DNA of 64,000 nucleotides from Leucoraja ocellata (lineage: Eukaryota): the NCBI GenBank assembly GCA_036785375.1, contig JAWMAR010000391.1, positions 1,674,001 through 1,738,000 of the forward strand, in the 5' to 3' direction. The translations under genes were made by a program, and so were the position numbers. Under the pieces are notes generated by a model that did no database searches, was not told where the DNA came from, and saw only the letters and a list, made by a program, of their open reading frames with translations. This document shows positions 40,680-55,071 of this stretch, one piece after another (position 1 is the first letter of the stretch; every line of letters begins with the position of its first letter).

Positions 40680-40970
40680 TCATAGAGATGCATGGAATGT
40701 GATTCTTTGACCCACTGAGTGTGTCCTGACCATACATCCATTCTCCCCATTTTTCATCAACTCCCTCCTGATGCCATCACTCATGTAAACATTAGCAGTA
40801 ATTTACAGTGGCTAATTAATCTACCAACCCAGATGTCTTTGAGATGTGGGAGGAAACTCTAATACCCAGAGAATGTGCAAATTCCACACAGACAATGCCT
40901 GAGATCAGGATTGAACGCAGGTCTCGTGCTGTGAGGCAGCGGCTCTACTAACGACACCCCCGTGTCACCA
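40680..40970 (-). mobile_element. V-SINE (HE1-like) copy
   Basis: tgtgggaggaaac..gaatgtgcaaattccacacagac..caggattgaacgcaggtctc. Other copies at about 43320-43650 (+) and 32530-32760 (-). Confidence 0.7.
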
Positions 40971-43898
40971 GTCAATTCCTGTCTCCCAAGGTGAACTGAA
41001 GAAAATCATCTTCAGCTTTCTCCGATTTAATTTCTACTTATCTTTGTTTTGCCAAGTCTAACCTTGCACGACCATCAGCTAAAATCTCATCAATTTACAA
41101 AATGCTAACCATGACAGTAAAAACAATGCACCAATTATGTCAGACTTTACCAAGCATGGGAGTTAAAATGCCAGATGCAGGGGCTGAGTGAGAACATAAA
41201 TATTTCACTTGCGCTGCCCACCGTGCAGATAGCAGGGTATAGGAGATTGAAATCGGCCGTAAAACATTCTGACATACAATGCAAAACGGTTCCACTTTTG
41301 CTAATTTTCTTACAACTTCACTGCATTCCTTGGAGTGGTCCTCTTCTAAAAGTCAATATCTCCTTTTAAAATATTAGCAACTTACAACTTTGAAGTCCCA
41401 CTTTATGCATACAAATAAGATGAGCTACTTAAATGCAATTATAATGTTCAAGGTCCACGAGCAACTTGCACTGCAGCTACAGGAACTCAAAGGCAACATT
41501 TCATGATGTGAAGATTAACTAATTGAACATATTGGATCTCTGTATGACACTGCAATTGCGTCTGGATGGCTCGAGAAAGGAAATGATTATTCTAATGCCC
41601 CAGTGTGTATGTGTCCAAATGCTAATCAGCATTTCAGAAGATGGTGCCACTGTTTCTTTCAGGGGTAGAACTAGAGTTTGTTGAAGGTGGGAAGAAGATT
41701 GAAATTTTAAATCATCAGTCAGTCTTCTGCCTCTGCCTCTTCTATGTGTGTGTTACAATGTTAAAACTGCACGACAGATGACATTCCCAGCCAGCTTATA
41801 AATGACAACCTGAGTTAGGAAGAAAGGCCATGCTTACATTTTCCAGCAGATAGATATTGTCACTATAGCATATACTTGTATACTTGTATACTGTATGTAG
41901 TAGAATTAAGCACACTGCAATGAAAATGTGACTGAAACAATATTTATCCTATCCATCTTGAGGTCCAAGGATAGGCTGTGCATGAGGACAAAGAGCTTCG
42001 GTACCAGCAGAAATCGTCATTAAATCATTTGAATCCAATGAACTCAAACAGACCTAAGTGACATATGACTGGTGCTCATCATGCAATTTCACCCAAGTGT
42101 TGAAAAGATCAACAAATAACAGAAAACTTGAACCATGAAACATGGTTAAATTAATACTGGCCTCGCTCATATACGAGGGCCTGCCCACTACTATTACAGG
42201 TGATGCTTGGCTTCTTTTCTCTCCCACAAACCATTTAATTCCCCTTTCTCTCTCCTCAACTGGAATGCCACATGCAAGGACCTTTCTGTCACTAATGGTG
42301 ATAACATTAGATCAAATGTCTATGCACTTTCCTTTCTCTTCCTTGCTCTTCCTGTTAGATTAAAAGGATCTCAGCTGCCTTGACACGAAACACACACCTT
42401 CCTTTTGTGTTTTCTTCCACCTCCCCTCGTCATGTGTTAAATGACTGATAAATGTGCATTATCAATCCTCATCTGCAGCCTTTGAACACATTGCACACCA
42501 AAACACCTCTTCATCACTGTCCAGTTGTGAGGACTGCACACACTGCCAGTTCCATTCTTATTAGTCCAGCCATTGCCAGACAATCACTTACAAGGCTTTC
42601 TCTTCCCATTATTACCTCTGGTTCTTCAAAGAACCTGTCCTTCTCTGAGCCCATTTGTAATCACTCTTCTGCAACATCAGACAAAAGATCATCTCATTCC
42701 CACGTCAATACTGAAAATTCCCTAGTCTAGCTCACTGCCATCTCCTCTCCTGTCACACATTTCCTGTGCTGAAAGCTACATCAAATCCTCAGTTATCTCC
42801 AGAACCAAAGAAGCAGTAACTAAAGTTACAACTATTGGTAGTCATAGCCATGGCTATCAAGTACCTACTCTCTGGAATTTTCTTCCTAAATAATTACCAC
42901 TGTCCGCCTTTCTGTCAGGCATTCCTTCAAACATTTAATTTCTCCTTTTGTTTTCTATAATCCCCCTATGAATTGCCTTCTACCATTTTACCAAGATTAC
43001 ATAGATACATCGATAATAGGTGCAGGAGTAGGCCATTCAGCCCTTCGAGCCAGCACCACCATTCAATGTGATCATGGCTGATCATCCACAATCAATACCT
43101 CGTTCCTGCCTTCTCCCCATATCCCCTGACCCCGCTAGCCCTAAGAGCTCTATCTAACTCTCTTTTGAATGCATCAGGTGAATCGCCCTCCACTGCCTTC
43201 TGAGGCAGGGAATTCCACAAATTCACAACTCTCTGGGTGAAAGATGCAATTGAAGTAGAAGTTTTATATTTGTAAAGATATCTTAAAATTGGGAAGGCGT
43301 GATGCCATGCAAGGTGTGGGGACGTTGTGGTACAGCTTGTCGAGCCACTGCCTCACAGCTCCAGTGGCCCAGATTCAGTCCTGACCTTCTGTTCTGTCTG
43401 TGCAGATTTTGCTTATACACTCCATAACCACATGGCTTCTTCCGAGTGCTCCTAATTGCTCCCACATTCTAACGCCAATCGGGTTGCTAGGTTAATTTTG
43501 GCTGGTGCAAGTTGCCCCTAGCAGGTGGACGATATAATCTGGAGGGGGGGGGGGGTTATTAATGGGAATGTGGCCAAGTTAAAATGGGTTGGGGAAAGAC
43601 TGGTGGAGAAAAAGGCCTAAGGTCCTTTTTTTAATTGCATAACTATCTATGAATTTGCAAGTCATGATTACTGAAGGCACTCAAAGTTTTATGGCACAAG
43701 AGGAAGATATCCACTCCAAGACCTCTTTAGCTAAAAAATAACTATCCAGACTCACACCACTTCCCAGTTCTTGGCCTTAGCTTTACAGGTTGTGACACAT
43801 TGTTCTGGTTACTTCTAAAATGTGCTGAGTATTTCTGCCCCGATTCACCTTTTCAAAAAGATTCAACCCCTTACCAACTGGTTACCTATATATCTTAG

Positions 43899-44070
43899 GG
43901 AGACAAAAATGCTGGAGAAACTCAGCGGGTGCAGCAGCATCTATGGAGTGAAGGAAATAGGCAACGTTTCGGGCTGAAACCCTTCGCTCCAGAGATGCTG
44001 CTGCACCCGCTGAGTTTCTCCAGCATTTTTGTCAACCTTAGATTTTCCAGCATCTGCAGTTCCTTCTTAA
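43899..44070. mobile_element. Penelope-derived fold-back insertion (third copy)
   Basis: Same arms and unpaired tail as 29205-29392; degenerate TSD tacctatatatctt / tacctaagtatctt. Confidence 0.78.
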
Positions 44071-44681
44071 ACAATACCTAAGTATCTTTATCATTTTAAT
44101 CTTTCTGCCAAATACCATAACTTGACATTGGTGTTTATTTCTCTGCTCAAGGTCCTTCCTACTCATCATAGCTAGGCCTCTCATAATTTAATAAATTTTG
44201 ATGCAACACAGATAAAGGGCATAAAATAAAGAAGATATTGATTTAACATTCATGAAGAATGATCCATTACCTGCCTCATGCCTGCTGAATCTTAATGCCA
44301 TTACTATTTATGAACCCAAAGTTCATCATCAGAGAATGGGTAAAAATATCTAAACTGAAGGAAGAATTATGCAGGACGAGGAGAGAATCTGCTGCTGGTC
44401 CGAATGTCAAGAGTGGCATTTCCATTTTGATTAACTAATGCAGCCCACTTTGGAAAGAAGGGTCTCAAGTGAAATTTCCTCACCTCGCTAATGTTGTTTA
44501 GCCACCTGCCCTTAATTAATATTGCTCCCCTTGTCTTTAATAATACTGTCATTCTGTCATGCCAAAGTCGGTTGCACAATGTACCATATTTAATACATGG
44601 ATGACAGAGAAAGATAGCATACAATGTCCTTCAAATGGATCTACAGATGTACAACTGAAAGAGCTACCCCAGTTTGTTTGG

Positions 44682-45120
44682 ACATAGAACATAAAGGTAG
44701 AACAGTACAACACACGGGCAGGCCCTTCGGCCCACAATGTCTTTGTTGAATATGATGCCAAATTAAACTAATATTTTCCTGCACATCCACATCCCTCCAT
44801 TCCTGCATATTCATGCGCCTATTCAAAAGCCTCTTAAACATCAGCATTGTATCTATTTCCACCACTACTCCTGGCAGCATGTTCCAGGCACCTACCACTC
44901 TCTTTCTGTAAAAAACTTGCCCCAAATATCTCCTTTGAATTTTCTCCCTTTGACATAAACCTATAACCTCTAGTCTTTGGCATTTCCACCCTGAGGAAAA
45001 TGTTTTGACTGTCTACCCTATCTATACATCTCTTTATCTTATATATTGCTATCAGGTCTGCCCTCAAATGTCGACACTCCTGAGAAAACAATCCAAGTTT
45101 GTGCAATCTGTCCTTAGAGA
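44682..45120 (-). mobile_element. CR1-type LINE 3' fragment
   Basis: DRLHKLGLFSQECRHLRADLIAIYKI, RVVGAWNMLPGVVVE. Confidence 0.8.
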
Positions 45121-46609
45121 ATCTCCAAAGCTTCCATGTCTCCATGTTGGAGTAATACAACACTTATTCGGTTAATGGCCACATGCCTGGCATTTGTTTA
45201 ACTTCACTGAAGATTCTTTGAGATAAACTGCACAAATAACATTTTGTTAGTGCATATTTAATTAATAAACAAACAATATAATCCTGGTCGTAATTGATTT
45301 AGTTAAAATCCAAGATCAAAGCAGAGTTTAAGAGTTAAAATCACAAAAATAGGAGCAGGAATTAGCAATGTGGCATCGCAGGCCTGCTCTGTCATCCATT
45401 AAAATCATGCTCATCTGGTCTTGGCCTCGTCTCCACCATAACCCTCAATTCCCCACGACATCTAAACAAGCAGGGCTTGAATATATTCAATAACTTGGCC
45501 TCCATGGCATTTGGGCAAGCATGCTTCAAAAACATTGGCACTCAAATGAACTGCTTCTCATCATCTTGGTTGTAAATGAGTAACTCCATATTTTAAACTA
45601 TGCTCCTTAACTCTAGAGTCCTTCCCAAGGAGAAACATCCCCTCAACATCCATCTTGCCAAGCCTGCTCTGAATTTGATGTTTCAATTCACCTCTCATTC
45701 TTCTGAACTGCAATGAGTACAGGGCTCACCTAATTGATCTTTCCTTACAAGACAACTCGCTCAATCCATAAATCAGACGTAAACCTTCTGTGAACTGCTC
45801 CCAATAGAGGACAAAAAGATATACAGTACTGTAGGTTTCCAGTATAGTGTTTAGTTTTGGGCACCATGTTATAGGAAAGATGTTGTCAAGCTGGAAAGGG
45901 TACAGAGACGAGTTACAAGGATGTAGCCAGGACTTGAATGTCTGAGCTATAGGGAGAGGTTGAGTAGGCTGGGACTCCATTCCTTGGAGCGCAGAAGGAT
46001 GAGGAGTGATCTTATAGAGGTGTATAAAATCATAAGAGGAATAGATCGGGTAGATGCACAGAGTCGGGGGGGATCAAGGACCAGAGAACTGAAGCAAATA
46101 AAGGCAAGCAGAAGAACCAACTTTGGAGGGGAGAGAGAGAGAGATGGAAAAAAACACTAAATAACGTGAGTGACCGAATGAGGGACCTACCTGCAAGCCA
46201 GCCAGGAAACCTATTCGACCGGAGCCCATAATGACCTGACCCGTTGAAATCCAATACCCGTTTAAATCTTTCCCATCCACCAATACATCCAATTAGTTCA
46301 AATGGTTCTGAAGAAAATTTTATCTGAAGTACACTTTGTTAATTGAATGTTAAGGGGCATGAATCCAGAGGGATGAAATTACCCCTCCGTCAATCCCTGG
46401 CATGAACACCAAAATGCACTATTCTGATATAATCTACAAAATTATGCTGAACAACTGGCATTGCTCCAACAAAAATATAGTAATGTATTAATGTCAAATG
46501 TTAAATGCAAATGTAACATTAATTTGCCTGCTAAATCAGATTGTAAAGCATTTCAGCACAGAAAAAAATTATTTTGCTGTGAATCCTCCAAACTCACTGG
46601 AAGAACAAG

Positions 46610-47030
46610 CAAACCAACATCAGTGTGCTTCCCCATGCCAACACCCAGTCTGCTGCATTGTGCAGGCCATATCGTTCACATGCCCTCAAAACCAATGCAC
46701 CGTTCTGAACTCTGTCACGGGAGATTACCAGGCTAACAGTGGAAAGCTTCAAGGATATGCTCAAAGCCTTCCTTGAACGAAATGCAACATCCCCATTCAT
46801 TCTGGCTGATGGCTGCTCAAAATGGCATCGGAGAATTTAGAATGGTATTGAGAACCTCAAGGTAATGCATCACGGAAGTCTCATGAACAAAGCAGGAGCA
46901 AAACAACTCTAAAAACTATGCAGTCCCTCCTGTCCCACTGTGGCAGAGTCTGCAATTCCCATGTTTTATTATCAGTTACCTGGGGTGCAACCAAGTCATC
47001 CTTAATTTTAAGGGGCTGTTTAAAGAGAAC
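46610..47030 (+). mobile_element. Degraded RTE-clade LINE 3' end
   Basis: LHCAGHIVHMP..SELCHGRLPG..FKDMLKA and a CPTCGRVC-like zinc-finger relic resemble the RTE RT C-terminus. Confidence 0.6.
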
Positions 47031-48844
47031 ATTTCAAACTCCCTTATTGGATTTGGCATACAATAACATTAAAAAAAAAACGTTTTGATATATTATAGAC
47101 TTAAATTCTTCCAATGCAATCCCAGTAATAAAGGACATTGAGACGATGACGATGTGATCTATTTACACATATTTGTAGTTCAGTCATTCCCTCTTGTCCC
47201 ATTTGGCAACACATACAATAACTTGAAAGCACGCACCACCAGATTCAGGAACAGCTCCCTGTTATCAGACTACTGAACGGTCCTTCCATAAGCTAAGGGT
47301 AAAGTTCTGCTTTCACAATTTACCTCCTGGTATGTTTTTATCTATCTGCACTTTCTCTGTAGCTATAACACTATACTCTCCACTCTGGTATTTTGTTCTT
47401 TGCACTACTCATTGTGCGTGTTGGGTTTGATTGTACTCTTGATGTATGATTTGACTGGATAGCATGCAAACAAAGTTTTTTGCTGTATCTCGGTCCACAC
47501 AAGACAATAATAAACTAATGCCGACAATCAGAACTGGGGCACACTTTTGCCTCATTAATCACACAAAATAGATGATGTAATACCAACTGTAAGATTTGAG
47601 AAAGGAAGGAAAATAATGAAAAATAAGTCAATGTCAGAGTACACCTCCACATTTTCATCAAGTAGATTGGTGTTGAACAGTTCTACACACTGATGTTTGG
47701 GACAGGGGTTCATGTGTACCCATCACCCATCATGGTATCAACCATGAAGTCAAATCTCAGCATCAAAACATGTGAAAGATGATTAAATAAATGTCGCCAA
47801 CAAATTTCTGCTACTATGTCCCCAACATCCAAAGGCACATAATCCGAACCTGATGTGTTCCATTTCCATTGCTTAGTCAGCCTTACCAAACCCAGTCCCT
47901 GCCTTCTCACCTATCCCCTCTCTGCAACTCAGCTCCATTCCTAGATCACGTCTGCTTGATTTTAGCACAGATGGATCAAATTTGTGTAAGGTCTATTCTA
48001 TCAGAATTTGGCCACTAGTGGGCTTTGCAAATTATCAACACCACTCCTCAATCAGGAACATTTTAAGAACCATTTACTGGGATGGATGAAGTTCCAAGCC
48101 TTTGAATTTCTCTGTGAAACCAAATGTTAAGGCTGTGAAATAAAGACTGGTACAGATTACCACATGAATGGCAGAATTCACTCAAGGGTTTAGTGGACAG
48201 GTTTCCTGTTTCTATATGACTGTTATGCCCAGACTGTCATTTTGAAGTTTGCATATGATTTCATTAAAATTGAATTTCTAAACATTTTTTAAACATCCAC
48301 CATTTGTCCCATTGTGCCATCTTGCATCTTGCTGGAGATGCCAACAGGGGAAAAACTAAATCCTTACTTCTAATTCTGCAAATATTTCACATCATCAAGA
48401 TTTTGCATCGGTTTACATCTGTTAGATTGCCAAACAAGGGAAGAACTGCTATTGATTCTTCAGATTCTGGCAAGAATAATGAATTTGCTGCACTGTTTAA
48501 ACATAGTAGCAATGTACAATTGGAGATTTGGAGATTCAGTTTGGCTTCACTTTAGTTATACAAAATCAGCAGGCACTTGTAAAATTAACAATTTGTGGTT
48601 CTCTGCTGTCACAATTATTTCAATGGATGGAGACCCATATAGAGTGAGCAAGGGTTCACGAGGCATGCTTCTGGCACCAGCAGTGCTGAAGCAGACTTTT
48701 ACTTTCTGAAATCTGAAAGTGTAAAACTGGAAGAGAACACTGCTTTAAATCTAATGTAATCTAAGTTGGACGTCATTGCATCCCATCAGTTGCTTCGACA
48801 AAATTCAATATGCTCAATGGAGTTGTGGTGAACTGAACAGTGCC

Positions 48845-49330
48845 CTAGCATATGGAAGAACCATTCAGAAGTTTGATAATGGAGGAAAAGAAGCACCGAG
48901 TGTGGTGGTACACGCTTTCAAGCTTCTGTACCACCTGCCGGACCATAGCAGGGAGGAGGAGGAATTATTGAGTTGGGACAAGTCTTTGATTATGTTGGCT
49001 GCTTTTCCAAGGCAGTGTGATGTATAGATGGAGTAGTATAATGGTCTGTGGGATGGGCTGGGCTACATCTACAACTCTCTGTAATTTCTTGTAGTCATGG
49101 GTAGACACAAAGCAAACCTTGATGCCACTCGACAATATGCTTTCTACGGTACATCTGTAGAACAGTCTCCTAAGGAAGCAGAGGTATGGTGTGCCTTCTT
49201 GGCTGTCACATCAATGATGCTGGTCCACGACAGATCATTGGCAATATTAACACCAAGTAACTTGAAGCTCTCAACCATTTGCACATCAGCACCACTGATG
49301 CTGATTGAGGCAGTTACTCCACTATGCTGA
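48845..49330 (-). mobile_element. Rex1/Babar-like LINE RT C-terminal fragment
   Basis: ISISGADVQMVESFKLLGVNIANDLSWTSIIDVTAKKAHH. A related 3' end lies on the plus strand at about 47225-47520. Confidence 0.65.
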
Positions 49331-50544
49331 TCAGAAAGACTGTGGGCATGAACATGCCAGAAGGTTCGGGACTTGCGCATGGTCCTCAGAAACGATTGTC
49401 AACCAAATCATTCCCACATATAAAAGTGTGCATCACCCTATTTGTATTTCAATCATTAGACATTATCCTTGCCAAAAGTTATCATGTAGTCCATTATAAT
49501 GAGTATGTACATTTATACCCAGTAAACCCTTGTTATTGCAGACCAATGGTGTCTGTTATTGTCGATTGTCCATTATAACAAAGTAAGATATTATCATTGT
49601 ATGTACTTGAATTAAAGAACTGCAGAAGATGATTAATATACACAAAAGGACACAAAGTGCTGGATTAACCCAGGGCGTCATGCAGCATCACTGGAGAACA
49701 TGGATAGGTGACGTTGGGACCCTTCTTCAGACTGATTCAGTCTGCTGAGTTACTTCAGCACTTTTTGTTGTTTCACTTTAAAACCTGGCACCGGTGGCGT
49801 TGGTCTGCACCAGCGAACACTTCTCCACCGGCTGTTGAGGCTCATGTTGTATGCCCCTGGGACAGTGCTTTCTTCAGGCCGCTGCCAACGGCAAGACATG
49901 CTCGGTCACCATGGGGCTCCCTTCCCTCTCACATGCTGCCGCTTCCAAGGTAGACTATGTCGGTGACTCTGGGGGAGAAGGAGGAGGAGGCAGCGGTAGA
50001 AGTAAGGGGTGGGGGGGGGGGGGGGGGGGGAAGGACAGAGTGGCGGGAGGAGGCGACGGTTGAGTGGGAACAGAGAAAGCCACCGCTGACAGCAAGAAGC
50101 AGCAGCAGGTGGGGGGGAGGGGGAGTCCCACAGTGACAGAGCATATCCTCTCTGTAGCCCGCAGAAAGCACTGTCCCCAGAGGCACCAATGTGAGCCGCA
50201 CCAACAGCCGTGTCAACAGACTGTGCTGTGGGTGAAGAAGGGCTTGCTGGTGCACCTTGCGAGCCAGGGGTGGCGTTGAAGGCCGGGGCTCCAAGCAGCC
50301 GGAGAGATGGTGCGGGCCATGGGTGTGTCAGCAGGTCCGTCCGCTATATCCAACGTCTGTAATTAAGGGGTCTGTTGAAATTAGGGTTTATTGTACAATA
50401 CACATATTTACATATATTGCCATCTCTATATTTGTGATATTTTTATTCTTCTATTGTACTGTGTATTGTGACAAAACCTTATCAACTGTTATATTTTTAT
50501 TAAAATCACTGATATTCAGTATCTTATTCATTTCGGTTTAATAT

Positions 50545-50940
50545 TTAACCGTGCCTTTGCTGTGTCGGCTCCGAGATTGTGGAATGAATTGCCTCTGCAC
50601 GTTAAACAGGCCCCTTCTCTAGCTGTTTTTAAGTCACTCCTGAAGACATATCTATTCTCCGTGGCCTTTGTAGACCAGTGAGGTGTTGAATTGTTTATTA
50701 ACTTTATTTGCTTGGTTTTGCTGCGTGGTTTGTACTCGTGTTTTATGTATTTTAATTTATTGTTTGGATTTTCGTATGTAATTTATGTGCCTCGTGTTAG
50801 TTGTATGTTCTGTTGTTCTGCCTGTTTTATGATGTCTTGCTTGTTTTCTTTTTTCTGTACAGCACTTTGGTCAGCTTTGGTTGTTTTTTAAGGTGCTTAA
50901 CAAATAAAGTTGTTATTATTATTATTATTATTATTATTTA
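50545..50940 (+). mobile_element. L2-clade LINE 3' end with (att)n tail
   Basis: RAFAVSAPRLWNELPLHVKQAPSLAVFKSLLKTYLFSVAF, then a GT-rich 3' UTR, gtacagcactttggtcag..aataaa and (att)n. Confidence 0.8.
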
Positions 50941-51539
50941 CTTGAAGTTCCAAAAGAATGTCTAATTGCTCTATGAGGAAAACTATACAATTCTATCCTG
51001 GATTATATTCACCCCATGGGGCAACTGATGTATTCTCTATGCCAGAGGATAGAAAGCACAGTGTACTCTCAGTGTACAACATCTTTTGGAATACATTATA
51101 CAATTGCACCATTTCACATTGCAATATTACTGGCTGTCATAAATGGTAAGTAGGAACCGTGACTGTTTTGAGCTCACAAGAAAGGACACCTTTAAAACAT
51201 CATGATTAGTAGACCATCCCATATGATAGAATTGCCAAACATTTTTGCAAGATAACTGTGGTGTTCAAAATCACATCTAATCATTAAGAATAAGGAGTTT
51301 CTGTACGGAAACTTGCCAACTCCAAGAAACGTGGAGTCAGGAACGTGGCCAAAAGATTACATAAAAGGATCGTACATTGAGTCGATAACCTTGAATTGAA
51401 ATCACAAAACACATTTTCCATTTAAAAGATAGAAGAAATTATTAATTCTCTCTCCTAAGACACTGGATATTGCAACAACTGACATTAAAAAAAAGAGATT
51501 GTAATCAAAGGTGACCTCTAGCTAAGCCAATCCACACAG

Positions 51540-52110
51540 TTACAACACTGGCATCTGTCCAACAATGTGGAGAATTGCCCAGGCATGTCTCATCCACAAA
51601 AAGGACAAATCCAATCCAGCTAATTAATGATCAATCAGTCTGCTCTTCATCATCAGGAAAATGACAGAAGATGTCAGTGACAGAACTTTCAATGAGCTGT
51701 TGCTCACAGATACTTATCTAGAGTTTCACCAGGACCACTAGTTTCTAGACCTAGTCACAGCATTAGTCCAAACATGGACCTAAGAGATGAATTTGTTTGG
51801 AGAGCCAAGAACGACTGCTCTTTATATTGGTTCATTTCACCAAGTGTAGCATCAAGGAGTCTTCTGAAAATAGACCAAATATGTCAAGGGGAAGGTTGGA
51901 TAGGGGAACTATTGGTTAGAATCATACCTCGCATAAGAGGAAGATGGTTGACGTTGCTGAATGGCAATTGTGCCAGGTCCAGGATATTGCTTTAGGGACT
52001 CGGTCTGCAGTGGAACACTGCCTGAGCACGTTCGGGCACCAACATTTAGCTGCTTCATCAATGACATTGCTTCCAATGTAAGATCACAATAGGGGTTGTT
52101 CACAGTCAAA
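51540..52110 (+). mobile_element. Old LINE (CR1/L2 group) RT N-terminal relic
   Basis: GICPTMWRIAQACLIHKKDKSNPAN*..ISLLFII and FSCFINDI motifs, with stops. Confidence 0.6.
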
Positions 52111-52859
52111 TTAAGCTCATCACCACTTTCACTAGGCATTTGGAGATGGTCAATGAATGCTGACCTTGGCCACGAGAGCTCCATTCCAAAAAATGAACAA
52201 TAAAGTACAGGTTTAAGATATAAATTCAACATCACCTAATTGAATGGGAAACCAGCAAACCAGTTATAATAATTATTATAACGAATAATAATTATTATCA
52301 GAATAATAACCGGTGTAAACAATGGTATGCTGGACCTGTGACTGCTGAACTTAACACTGAATGGATAAACCCATCTCTCTTGAAGACTCTTCAACGGCAT
52401 GACCTTCACAATTTTGGGAGTAGCAAAGAAAGTTATATTGCATAGAGTGCAAAAGTGAGATCATGATAATCAATTTTAATAAGGCCAGGAAAACAAAGAT
52501 CAGTAAAAGGAAAAGAACATTAAGAGTAGTGGACCAGAGACAACAATTAGTCATAAGGTGTTACAGCAAAGAAGCAGGCCCTTTGGATCACCATGCCCAT
52601 GATGACTGTTGTACCATTCAAGACTAATTCCATTTACCCAGATGAGGTTTAAAGTCTTCTCTGGCATTGTGATTCAAGTGCTTTGCCTGGACGCTTCTTG
52701 AGAGCATATAAATATAGATCAGCTGGGTGGTGCAATGACAGGTGGAATTGAAATCCAACAAATGCAAGGTCATGCATTCTAGAGAGCAAAGAAGGGTCAT
52801 ACCCGAAGGAGTGTGATAAACAGAGGGACCTTAATGAGGCGTGAGATGTGAGGAGTTGC

Positions 52860-54245
52860 ACCTTAGAAGGTCGAATGTAAGGAGAAAGTATACAGTTAAT
52901 GGAAAAACCCTTTACAGCATTAAAGGACGAAAGGATCTTGGGTTTAAGTCAAGAGCCCTCTGAACTGGCACCATAAGTAAATATAATGATAAAGAAGACA
53001 TATGGTGTGCTTGCATTCATTGGTTGGTACATTGAGTATAAGAGTCAGGAAGTCATGTTGCAGATTTATGGAATTTGATGAAGCCACATTTGGAGCATTA
53101 TGTGCAGTTCTGGTTGCCCCATTACAGTAAGGATGTGGAGGTTTTGGAGAGTGTGCAGAAGTGGTTTACCAGAATGCTCCCTGGATTGGAGGGTATTACA
53201 TACCTGCCAACTAGTCCGATTTTATTGTATTTGTTCCGATTTTTAAGTTAAAAAAGTGTGAAATATCGGAACAGTACGGTTTTGAAATGAGGGGGAAAAT
53301 ATGGCCAATCAACCGCTGTCTCTAAATTTAAAAGGGATGTGCAGGTTATGGGTTTTTACACAGAGAGTGGTGGGTACCTGGAACATGCTGCCTGAGGTAG
53401 TGGTGGAGGTAAGATAGGGGCATTTAAGAGGCTTTTAGACAGGCAAATAAATATGCAGGTAATGGAGGAATGTGATGCACATGCAGGTAGAGGAGATTCA
53501 TTTGACCTGGCATCATATTTGGCATGGATATTGTGGGCTGAAGGACCTGTTCTGTTCTATGTATGTTCTGTCTGCCTCCACTACCCCTTAGACAGTGTAT
53601 TGCAGATTCCAACCACAATCTATATGAAATAAAATACCCCTTTGGTCCACTCTATACCTCCTACATCTCACTGTAAAGCTATGCCTTCCTTTCAATACCT
53701 CCACCATGGGTAAAATATTCTCAATATCGTAAACATATTTCTGCATCCTCTCCAGCACAATCACCTCCTCTCTCCAGTGTGATGAGCAGAACGGCACACA
53801 ATACTCCAGGTGTGGTCTAATTAATGCTCTATGAAGTTGTAAGATTACACCCCCACTCTTATGTATTATGACACAGCTAATGAAGGCAATCATCCCACAT
53901 GCCTTCTTCACAATCCTATCTACTTGTGTTGCCACTTCTAATGTTTGTGGACTATTATACCAAGGTCCCTCTATTTGTCAACACTCCTTCTGTTCAATTC
54001 AATTCAATTCTGTCTGCCATCACTCCGCCCAGCTTTCTAGCTGTACTGTAACTATACCCTCTCTAGCATCTATGACAATAGATTTTCAACTCATTTTCAG
54101 ATATACCATTAATACCTTTTAGATTGACATAAGAGTTATTAATGCATATCACAAACATGATAGATCCCAGCACTGGTCAAAGAAACATCCCTCCACCACC
54201 AGCTTCTGTCCACAATTACAAAGCCAATTGCGGATGCACTTTACC
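52860..54245. mobile_element. Two tail-to-tail degraded CR1-type fragments (52860-53570 +, 53590-54245 -)
   Basis: Plus strand: gccacatttggagcattatgtgcagttctgg, tttttacacagagagtggtggg. Minus strand: QVDRIVKKACGMIAFI..LIRPHLEYCVPF. A foreign insert beginning catacctgccaact sits at about 53199-53325. Confidence 0.7.
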
Positions 54246-55071
54246 AGCTTGCATGGAAAGAATTGGGAATCAGTGGGGGGGAAATGGAAAATCGGTAGCG
54301 AGCAAAACAAGAAACTAATGAGACATTGTCATTATAGAGAAATAACATAGTCCGGGGACAAATAATGGATCACTTGCTTCATTCTAGTCAACTAAGTAAA
54401 ATAAATATGACATGTTTGATATTTTTCAAACAATGACAAGTATCATCCAGTCTACTTTGGATTTCTGATCAGTTAAGATTTAATTTGCAAAACTGAAATA
54501 AAATCCAATAGTATATAAAACTAACAATATTCGCAACCACAAATCATTGATTGCTCAAAACCTAATTACAATTAAGTATTAGATGCATAAATGAGTAAGA
54601 ATCTTCACTTGTTTATGTGAACTTCCTTTTGCAAAAAAAACAAACATTCTGGAGTAATTAAATATTTGAAACTGTCACCTCAAACATAAGTGAACATACC
54701 CAAGAGCTGGTTTTAGTCAGGGTGACAATTATCGCCTACATCCTTCACAAAGATAATGACATGAAATAACATAAAACTTTCACTAAATGAATATAAAAAG
54801 AAAAGAAAGCCTACAGGAAAAGCAAAAGTTTGTAATCAAATCCACGCTACAATAAATACATGCATGATTTCACTCCTAATTGTCAGATTCCCACTTAAAG
54901 TTAAATTACAGTATACCTGAATTAAGACCTCAAGAGGAGAGTTCAAATCTGAATTACATTCAATAGCCAATATCATGCACATTGTATTTAGTTTCTGATA
55001 CTATATATATTTCCTCATATTGTTTAGCAAACATCACCCGAACATTATTTCTATAGATATGTTGTTCGTAC

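Noticed and set aside
49708-50541. GC-rich ORFs with poly-Gly/Pro runs
   Set aside because: Low-complexity poly-G tract and repeat-derived sequence; no splice-compatible or homologous coding signal.
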